Positions 29,501-39,500 of a stretch of 64,000 nucleotides of DNA are shown piece by piece. The notes under the pieces are model-generated. The model saw nothing but the letters and a program-made list of their open reading frames with translations. It was not told the origin of the DNA and searched no databases. The position numbers were made by a program, and so were the translations under genes. The stretch's first letter is position 1, and each line of letters opens with the position of its first letter. The DNA is taken from positions 13,280 to 77,279 of IMG/VR virus record IMGVR_UViG_3300037487_000968, one strand, 5' to 3'. Source of the stretch: a virus. Taxonomy: Duplodnaviria > Heunggongvirae > Uroviricota > Caudoviricetes.

Positions 29501-30572
29501 TAATTATATTTTAGAACCTAGCACATATCAAGCATTACATCCTTCCACGTTCTTTTATGTTTATATGGACGAGGTAGACCTATTGTTCATTAATAATTTG
29601 TCACAGATAAAATACACAAACCCGGCTGGTGCAGACGGACCACCAGCTACTATTGCAAATCAATTGACTGCATTTTTTAATAATACAAATTTAGCAGATT
29701 ATCCTTGGTTAATAGGTACAGATATAATCGTAAATAAATCAAGTATTTTAACAACTTATTTTACAAATAAATCGTATTTGCTTTATACTGTTAGTCCTCC
29801 GGGGTTTGGTATCTATTATTCTTTACAATTTGCATCCACTATTGATACAGATTATGTAACAGGTAGTATTATCGAAAATATTATCGATAAGTATCATTAT
29901 GATAAGAACGGAAAAGTATTTACTCAAAATACAACTATCAATCAAATAGATAGACTACCGTTTTATTTTAAATGGAGTCATTATTCCCCTATTGATCAAA
30001 GAGTTGATCCATCGGCAACAAATATTATAGATATGATTGTTATCACAGATAGTTATTATAGAGATGTTACTATCTGGAAAAATTCAAATGGAAGTTTATC
30101 TACCTTCCCTGCTGCACCTACAACAGAAGAATTAAGAATTCAGTTCCAGGGCTTAGATCAGTATAAAATGGTCAGTGATTCAATGGTTTGGAATTCTGGT
30201 ACATTTAAAATCTTATTCGGTACACAGGCTGCGGTCGAATTACAGGCAACTTTTAAGGTGGTTAAAGCAGCATCAACTAGTATAAGTGATAATGAAGTAA
30301 AGACTTTAGTTATAACTGCAATTGATCAATATTTTGATATTAGAAACTGGGATTTTGGTGAAAAATTCTTCTATACAGAATTGGCAGCATTCATACACCA
30401 ACAACTTTCTAGAATTATTAGTTCTGTTGTTATTGTTCCTAGTAATTCTAGTTCGCAGTTTGGTAACCTATTTGAAATTATAGCAAACCCTAACGAATTG
30501 TTTATTTCTACCGCAACAGTGAATAATGTCTCTATAGTAGCAAACCTGACCGAACAGAATCTTCGTGCATAA
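26574..30572 (+). CDS. gp6: Baseplate wedge protein, gp6-like
   Basis: YDFDSLKQAL, FNDYIESSE, ENFIDTAERRES, IRFADGNFGNVP, ETNDQIKLRAP, QSRMVNGSDY motifs. Confidence 0.9.
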   Translation: MSESIRQSNLFAAEDYKKIFKAYAFIDYTAYDFDSLKQALINYIQTYYPEDFNDYIESSEFIAIIELLAYFGTSLAFRTDLNSRENFIDTAERRESIIRLAQMVNYVPRRNIAANGLFKITAVQTDQPLTDANGVNIGDHSVYWNDPNNPDWFDQFVQICNASFSTLNPFGRPTKSGTIGSIPIDLYQLNSILRLNVTYPASITINGQQYPIDICNPDFVTNQTIFERDPDPANAFNFIYRNDSLGMASANTGFFLYFKQGNLINTDTNFDFPVPNRLFPIDIQNINQDDVYVQETDQSGTVINKWIKVPALSGENIIYNSIQFAQRNIFDVLSGANDTVTIRFADGNFGNVPTGLFRFWTRISANQALVIRPNDVQGLQISIPYVGVDQQSYTLNITFSLEQTIGNAAAAETNDQIKLRAPEVFSTQSRMVNGSDYNVLPLIYGNQITKIQALDRTYSGQSRYIDLNDPTGFHRDLIIFGQDGALFRDNQNILSQVVNDSSNSATIEVILVNTIQTMLQDPKVNNFFYDEYLPQFESKIRVNPSTLSPTGRSLLDLVPTTDVFGTLNPAIDPSSPLYWKTSPVKFKNTTGYFSNDPSSTTPLELINSLTADNIDGEQYEPWTFINNGAVIQFANPATPTTIIATLNSVGINSVVQSGIPLVISLLNPFANIGPVELSVEEQANYQAQKIYPAFRTTLTTSEISEVVLAIEAGLSFWLYYDLLTNEWHTSTASTPSLTNQIDQPWEYAPADDILGTPQIYSTTNWPLSAAGGLLYISIASNSQTGTTTYDLTARGRVYVFESYRDVRFYWEPNLTIIDNSTGLALQDSIEIMPFVNTTSLIDNNEPVIPNPPVDSYLRTKVNFNITGVYIQDDGYLDSAKVEVSLIDANGDGISDDPAGFDKIVAPEDRVVFEYFTNEITGYLSTRPWVARWKTDLQNEIGDLYVYFPIADPGVDTGLYGSGPYIANVQFDPISEYNYILEPSTYQALHPSTFFYVYMDEVDLLFINNLSQIKYTNPAGADGPPATIANQLTAFFNNTNLADYPWLIGTDIIVNKSSILTTYFTNKSYLLYTVSPPGFGIYYSLQFASTIDTDYVTGSIIENIIDKYHYDKNGKVFTQNTTINQIDRLPFYFKWSHYSPIDQRVDPSATNIIDMIVITDSYYRDVTIWKNSNGSLSTFPAAPTTEELRIQFQGLDQYKMVSDSMVWNSGTFKILFGTQAAVELQATFKVVKAASTSISDNEVKTLVITAIDQYFDIRNWDFGEKFFYTELAAFIHQQLSRIISSVVIVPSNSSSQFGNLFEIIANPNELFISTATVNNVSIVANLTEQNLRA

Positions 30573-30585
30573 AATGGATTTATAA

Positions 30586-33500
30586 ATGACTCAGTATATT
30601 ACAAAACTACCGGCAATATTTCAAACAGTAACAGAAAAGAAATTCTTTGATGCTACTTTTGATCAGGTATTTTCTAAGAAAGATAGTGATCTTCTAGCAG
30701 GATATATAGGTCGTAGAACACCTGGTGATTATAATCCAGTTACAGATTTTTATCTTCCTGAACCATCTAAGAACAGAACCTGGTGGCAATTAGAAGCAAC
30801 AGCTTTTGCCAGGACAGAAGATACCACAAAATCTAATATATTTTTCTATGAAGATCTATTAGAACGGTTGGGATACTATGGTGCTAATACACTTAATCAA
30901 GATAGATTATTTGAGTCAGAATATTATAGTTTTGGACCACCGATTGATTATGATATGTTTATTAATTATCAGAACTATTATTGGGTAGAACAAGGATTAT
31001 CTATAATCAGCATTAGTGGTGTATTAAGTACAGATATTATCGGCCAGGCATCTTATACTACACCACCTACCGCTACACCACCAAACTTTACAATATCAAC
31101 AGGTATGACTATATCTTTAGTAGACGATCCGGTCTATGGTACACCGCACGTTGTAGAAAATATTGGTAGCTGTATAGGTATTCGACTAGTATCGCAATTC
31201 TCGGATTTTACACAAGGCACTGTATTTGAATACCTGCCATGGGACGGATCTATAGAATTATCTACAGGTAGAGTTATCAATAATTTAAATTGGGATATTA
31301 ACACATGGGATACACAAACTCAGCCCGGATCCGGTGACTACATAACAATTGAGCGTGGCTCACCCGATAGAAATGCTTGGTCGAGAACAAATAAGTGGTT
31401 TCACATAGACACAATTATAACAACCTCAACTATAACAGGCACCTCTTTTCCAACAAATGCTACGCGAGCATTAAGACCTATTATACAGTTTATCGCCGAT
31501 CTAGATCTTTATAAATCAGGAACACAATTTAGATCAGAGATTAACTACGGATTCAGAGATGATGCAATAAGTCAGCCTTTAAGATTAGCAGATTATCAAG
31601 GCCAGTCCTTATTATATATTAACAGTACACTTGATACTGATTTACATGATAAAGATTTAGTATGCTTCTTCAATGATAATACTATTATATCAGTTGATAT
31701 AATTCCGTGGGATATGTCGGGGTGGTCAACTTCGGAATGGGATTCTATTGTTGATACTGAAATAAATCATTATATACTACAAGCAAATTTACTGCTCGAT
31801 GGTACTATTAATTTTACACCATATACCGCGTGGTCTACTCCTGTACTCGAGGGCGATATAGTCTTTATAATAAGTGATGCACCTTACGATGGTGCGTTAC
31901 GTGGGTCAACTTGGTATTTTTCTTTAGGTATATGGCTCGAAGCATTTAACGATAAAGTCTCCACTAATCAGTCACCTCTATTCCAACTATATGATCACAA
32001 CGGTATAGAATTAAATGATTCTATAACTTACCCGCTGAGTACATTTAACGGTAGCAAAATATTTTCATATAAAATAAATGCAACACCAGGGGCCTCAGCT
32101 GATCCTGTATTAAAATTTCCTATTATCTATACTGCTTTAGGTCAGGCATCTGACATTATTTTCCAGAATAATCTTATGACTAATAGATATACATACGGGT
32201 CTGCATTGATACCGATTGATGGCTATTATTACTATAAGACAGTAACAAATCCTGTATTATTTAATAATTGGAATTTATACCAACCGTGCCCGTGTAGTAA
32301 TATTGTCCCACCGCCACCTGTTAATTGTTTAGAAACAAGCAAACAAAGGGTTATTGATAAATTTGTAGTAGGATATGGATCAGAGTATCAATTTAAGTTG
32401 AGTGTTGAACCATATGGCTATCCAGAATCACCAGATTTAGTTGTATCTGTAAACGGCATTGAAGTTAAAAATAGTTCAGAACAAACAAACGGTTATACAT
32501 TTGTCGAAATTAATAATGCCATATATGTGGATCTAGCTGCATATCTTGCACCATTATTATTAACGACACAATCTCAGCCACCGGTTGTAGAAGTGCAAAC
32601 ATATACACACGGGCTACTAGACCCTTCGGCAATTGGCTATTTTGAAATTCCACAACAATTAGAAGCTAATCCTAATCAACTCGAAGTATACGAAATTAGC
32701 GGCAGTAATTTAACACAGCAATTTGCTTCTATTATTACTAATCAAATCGGCGCCACTGGTTCCGGATTTGGCGGTCCAAATAATTATAGAGATACAAGAA
32801 AGAATAGATCTGTAGGTGCATATATATTACAGAATACAGCACCATTATTAAAAACTATGTTGATATCATCATCTAATGATCTAGACTTTATTGTTGGAGA
32901 AAGATTTAGTCAGGATGAATATACAAAGTTTAAAAATAAATATCTAAGAACTGCTCTGCAACTTATTAACAGAGGATTTGACCCTGTACAATATCATAAT
33001 AATACCATTGTAGTTAGCGCATGGGTGGATGAGATATTAAAGACTGTAAATGTTTCAAATGAATTTTCTAATGCATTTGCTTATTCTTATATGATTGCAA
33101 ATGGTAGTCCGTATATGGACGAGTCGCAAGTTGTACCTATTAGTGGAGAAATATCTTTAACGAATTATATCGATTTATCAGATCCCAGAAATGCTTTATA
33201 CACTTATGATACAACAGGTCAAGAAACATTATTAATTATAGGTGAAGATTACGAAATAGTATCTACCAATCTATCTATTGATATTCTTTTTAATCTAGAT
33301 AGAGTACCAGCTGGCAGCACAGTATTTTTCGCACTATATAAGAATCCTCTACCGGCATATATTCCGTCTACACCTTCTAAGATAGGTGCATATGCCACGT
33401 ATCTACCTCGTATCGAATTAGACACATCATACATTGTTCCTACAAATGTAATAATCGGGCACGATGGATCTAAGACAATTGCGTACGGTGATTACAGAGA

Positions 33501-36500
33501 TCAGTTATTACTAGAACTTGAAAAGAGAATTTATAATTTAATTCAATATAGATTTAGAAATCAGTATTATCTACCTCTACGTATAGAATCTGTGAAATCA
33601 GGGTATTTTAGGCAGACAAGATATTCAAGACAAGAATATTTAGATATTACCAATTCGTACTTAAACAAGTGGTGTGCAAAGAATAAGGCAAATTATCGAG
33701 CCAATGATTGGTATTCGATGTATGATAATCCGGCAGTGGTACCTAGCTTTACACCGGGTGTAGGTAATATATGGAAACTATATAATTATAGAAGTGCTGT
33801 TGATAATACTGGTCAATCACTAAATTTACCGGGAAATTGGAAGGGTATCTTCCAATATTATTATGATACATATTGCCCTGATACTCGCCCTTGGGAGATG
33901 TTAGGGTTCAACGAACAGCCGAGTTGGTGGGTAGCACAGTACGGACCTGGCATAACAAATTTAGCAGGACAAACAGTATGGCCTAATACACCAATATACG
34001 CACTAATGTGGGCCGATATAGAATACGGTATTATTCGCCAAGGCCCATCTGCAATATATGATCCTGTCACTACTTTACCACAAGAACAGCCGATGTGGGC
34101 AAGACCAGGTTTATCAGCAATTATACCTGTTAATGCTGTTGGAGAAATTATACCTGTTCCTACGTTATTTAGTATGGCATTTTCGGGTAATTTCTACGAA
34201 CCGTTTGATCACTTCGATGCAGAGTGGGTTTATGGTGACGGCGCACCTGTCGAACAAGCATGGATGTCTACATCAGCCTATATATTCAGTGTGCAAGAAT
34301 TCTTGTATCTAATGAAGCCTGCAGTGTATGGCGAATTTATGTGGGATACACTTGGCACAGAATTATCACCGGGTAAAATAATAGTACCTGAAATAACTTC
34401 AGTGGGTCCAGTGTTTGAATTGGGAACTATGATCGGGGGTAGCTTATATACCAATGGGACATATAATAATGTAACCCTTCCTGGCGGAACTGGCCATCAG
34501 GCTAAGGCTACAATTATTGTATCAAGTAACAGTATCTTATCTGTAACCATAACGAGTGCAGGATATAAATATACAGTAGGAGATATTCTTACTGCATTAG
34601 CAAGTGATATAGGGGGTACCGGTTCTGGATTCAGTATTTCAGTTGCCGCAGTTGTTGCAATCCCTGTAATATCAAATACAAATTGGCAATTTGTACAAAA
34701 TGATACATTTACTAATAGAGATCCATTCTTCGCATGGATGCGTCCCAAGAATGCAGACCAGGTTGTCCATGCCGAAAGTATTGATGGTACAATTCAAATC
34801 AGGTATGGATATCAAAGATGGATCAGTGATAGAATATTATTCTTAGGCAAAGATGTTACATCTACCTTCGGACAAAAAGTTAGAACATTAGATGTAAATC
34901 TTGCGAATAAACTCGCAGGATTCACCAATAAAGACACAACTAACACCTATATCGAATCTGTTAGCCCTGCTGCACTAACTAATAGTTTAATTATACCTTC
35001 GACTAATTTTAATGTTATTTTACACAAGAGTCCTGTGGTAGACACATATTCTTACAGTGGAATTATTATTCGTGCTCTTGCAGATGGAACATTTGCGGTT
35101 TATGGCTACGATTTATTAAGTGCCGAATTTATTACATTGGCTCGTTCTAATGCTACCTTAATTGATATCTCAATAGGCGGCACACCAGCAGCATATCAAT
35201 ATTTTGCAACCGGCGCAACATATAACCCGGGTGATATTGTTAGATACAACGGTATTTACTATACAAGTTTAGTTACGCAAACTACTCAGAAATTTATATC
35301 AGATAATTATCAGAAATTAAAAAGTTTGCCAATCATTGGTGGCATCTCTGTAAGTTATAAACCAGTTTCTACAGATACAATTGTAAAGATTCCTTACGGT
35401 TCTGTTTTAAAGACAGCGCAAGATGTCTTTGACTTAATGATAGGATGGGGTTCTTATCTAGAATCACAAGGTTGGAAATTTGATGAAGTAAATCAAGATA
35501 CAAATCAATTAAGCGACTGGTTAGCATCTGCAAAACAATTCTTATTCTGGTTGAATACAAGCTGGGCACCAGATGCATCAATTCAGCTAAGTCCGCTGGC
35601 TAATAAAGCAACGTTGGTTGTTTCTCGTGGTTATCCGAACGATGTAGAATCATTATCAAACGGTGTTTATAGTATATTAGATAAATTTGGTGTCGCTATT
35701 GCGCCAAATAACACATCTACAAATAGAGACGGTATGCTGATTACAGTAGAGCCTGCAACGCTTGCCTCTGGCGGAATTTATTATCTGCAAGTCAGCACAT
35801 CAGAGATAGAGCATGTTCTTATGTTTGATAATATAACAAGCTTCAACGATACTGTTTATTCTCCATTGCTAAGAGCAAGACAACAGAGATTACGCTTCAA
35901 TGGTTTTAGAAGTAATGCGTGGTATGGAAAAATGGAGGCTCCTGGCTATCTTGTGATTGATAGTCAGCTGGTACCTAATTTTGATACCATTGTAGAAAGT
36001 ATGCGATACTATTATGATCCAAATACAACTATTGATAATCCAAGTCTCGAAGACCTTGGTAGACATTTAATTGGTTATGAAAGCAAGAGTTACCTTGATA
36101 ATCTTCAGGTAGCAAACGATGTCCAGTATTTGTTCTATCAAGGTGCTATTAAACAGAAAGGTACAGCACAAGCATTTGATAAGTTGTTTAGATCTACAAA
36201 AGTTCAGAGTAACGAGATTATTGAAGTATACGAGGAATGGGCGTTAAAACTCGGTAAATTTGGAAATACAATTGAGCAAGTATCAACTGAATTTGTTTTA
36301 CAACCTGAACAAAATACAGGCGAAGTTATTGTTGCTAGATTAAACTTCATACCTTCGACTATAGGTTTTGTAAGGCAAATTAATATATTGAATGCACAAA
36401 ACATATACACATCAGTTCCTAAGATTATAGTATCTCTGCCAGATGCAACACCTAGTACATGGTCTATATTTGATCCACTTCACCAATACGATAAAGATGA

Positions 36501-39500
36501 TGTAGTTAGATACGATGATGTGCAAGGTAATCCAGTATATTATTCTAGTAACGACTCTGATAATACAGGAAATGCACCCTCTTCTACTAGTGCATATTGG
36601 ACAATTGTATTAAAAACATGGGTGACGAAAGCATATATAGTATTAGATGCTGCCGGCCGAATTTCTCGTGTAGATATTACTGAACCCGGTTATGGTTATT
36701 TAAAGGCACCTACTATAGGAATCAATTCTGGTACCGAATTACACGACCTTGACAAACTATATAGTATATGGCAGGGTGAAATTATTAATGATACATCACT
36801 TGATAATATTATTGATATCGATATAGATCAAACAGATGTATGGACTGTACGCCCAAATGATCCTTCATATTCGCTAGAATTTCCGACCACAGATAAGATA
36901 GATTATTCATTACCAAATGCCGGATATGTGAATTTTAATGATGTTACTTGGTCATCGTTTGACGTAACGCAAACAGCAGTGGGGTGGGGTACTTCGGCTT
37001 TAAATCCGGCAGAATCAGACACACTTTGGATTGCTAAAACGTTTACCGAAGACTGGTCTGTTTATAAGATGGTAGCATTCAATAATACATGGAGTGTGAC
37101 AAAAGATACTGATAATAATTTATTGCTATTAACTGAACAATCAGCTGATGCTACATTAAATATAGCGCCGCAAGGCCCGGCATCTATCACAGCAAAACTT
37201 GTTAACGGATATATTTCGGCGATAAATGTGGTCACCGGCGGTAGCGATTATGATGATGCGTTAAATATGACTGCAGGGTTCATAACAATTACTGATTTAG
37301 TGTCGGGTGCACCAGACGAGGCTGCAACAGCCGTGGCCGCAATTAGTAACGGTACTATCACATCTATTATAATAACACATGGTGGCGCAGGCTATATTCT
37401 GCCCGTTATTAATATTCCTGCCCCGACCGACATAATCGGAATTCAGGCTGTAGCTACAGCAGAAGCATTATTCCAGGTCGAAATTGATGCCATAGTAAAC
37501 GGCGGCGGATTCTACTCATCTGCACCTACTATAAGTTTTATAGGTGAAGCAATAGTACCGGCAGAAGCAACAGCAACTATTACCGATGGTATTATTACTG
37601 GTGTAACAATTGATATATTACACCCGGGTGCGTATTCAGTCCTTCCTACCATTTCTGTATCACAGGCAGATAACATTAGTACCGCTATATTGACGCCTGT
37701 AGTCAACCAGATAACAGGTGCTATTGAATCAGTCGATATAGCTAATGCAGGTACCGGATATACGGTGGGTGCTACAATAACAGCAACTCGTGTTATTGAT
37801 CCAGATCCGGCCTTTATTGATGCTGTCTTTGAGATTACATCAATAGAAGCAAATGGTGAGATAATCAGCATAGATGTTACAGTGCAAGGCACCGGCTATC
37901 AATCAACTAATCCAGGTATAATTATTCCGCAACTATCGGATTCAGTAATAGGTGATAAAACTGATTTTGGAAATATGGTTGTCTTACAACAAGTTGTTAA
38001 CAGTAAGGTAATTGCTGAAAATAATTATACAGTCGGTATTTTACCATATACAACGACAGATTATACCAGTCCGGGTACATATACAGATCCTACCACGCTT
38101 GTGACATATAACGCATATTATCTTACAACACTCGCCGGCATACCGATTACAACAGACGATATTGGTAATTATGCTGATTTTACTAATTTATTATTATACA
38201 AAACAATGCGTTGGTATACTATGCCAACAACGCCCGCGTATATAGTTGCCAATGATAAAATCTGGGTAGACAATATAAACAATATATGGTCTGTACAAAA
38301 ATATAATGGCGCTACATATTCGACATTCAGACAGCAAGAATCTTTAATTGACTCTTCTTTGTTCGAAAGTGCTAGTGTATTCGCTACAAGCTCTAAGGAT
38401 GAGCTAGTACAATTACCTATATATGATCCATTTAAGAATATTTTACCAGGTCCTGCAAAACAAAATATCACATATATTTCAATGCAAGATCCTGCCAGCT
38501 ATAATGTAACAGCTGATGCAAGTCTGTTCAGTGAAAATATAAAATTTGCCGAAAGACAAGTGGGGCAATTATGGTGGGATATATCTTCTACGCGGTATGT
38601 CTATTATGAACAGCCGATTGCATTAGATGGCAGCGAAACTAATACAGATAATATTATTTACAGACGTAATCATTGGGGGCAAATTTTCCCAGGAAGTTCT
38701 GTTGCCATTTACGAATGGGTTAGGAGTTCAGTGCCACCTGCCTTATATACAGGCACAGGTGTACCAAAAGACACTACTACATATGTGCAGGCCCGAACAT
38801 CAAATAGATTTACTGGTAATACAGAAACTAATTATTATTTCTGGGTATTAAATACAACTGATAAGCCTAATAAAGAAAATAGAACTATGGCGGCAATAGA
38901 TGTTTCCCGCATGTTACAGGCACCTAAGAGTCAAGGATTTGCATTCTTCTGCCCAATACAACAAACATCTACAAATAATTGTTATATGTTCTATAATATA
39001 CAACAGGTATTAGCATATCGTGGTAATAATGTTCAAATTAAGTATAGACTAACAGAAAGAAACGATCAGGAACACGTACAGTGGGCATTCTTCAGGGAAG
39101 GCGATACAGGTTCAATAATAACAGACCAGTTCTGGAATAAGATGGTAGACAGTTTGTGTGGATATACAAAAGTACTCCCGATATCAGACGAATATAACGG
39201 TATAGTAGTTGCAGGTAATCCGTGGGATATGTCAACCTGGGATATGTTAGAATGGGATACATATGGAGAGATTCTGCCTGTACCTGATTCTACTTTAAGC
39301 GAAGGTGAGAAATATGGTATCGATTATCGTCCACGTCAGAGCATGTTTGTATTACTTAATGCTGCAAGAAAAGTATTTGTTCAATCAGCAAATGCATTAT
39401 TAAAATATATTGCTATACGTGATAATAATCCAAGTTGGAATAATAATGTATCTCTCGGCAATTATTGGACATATACTGACTGGTATGCCGTGGGATATGA

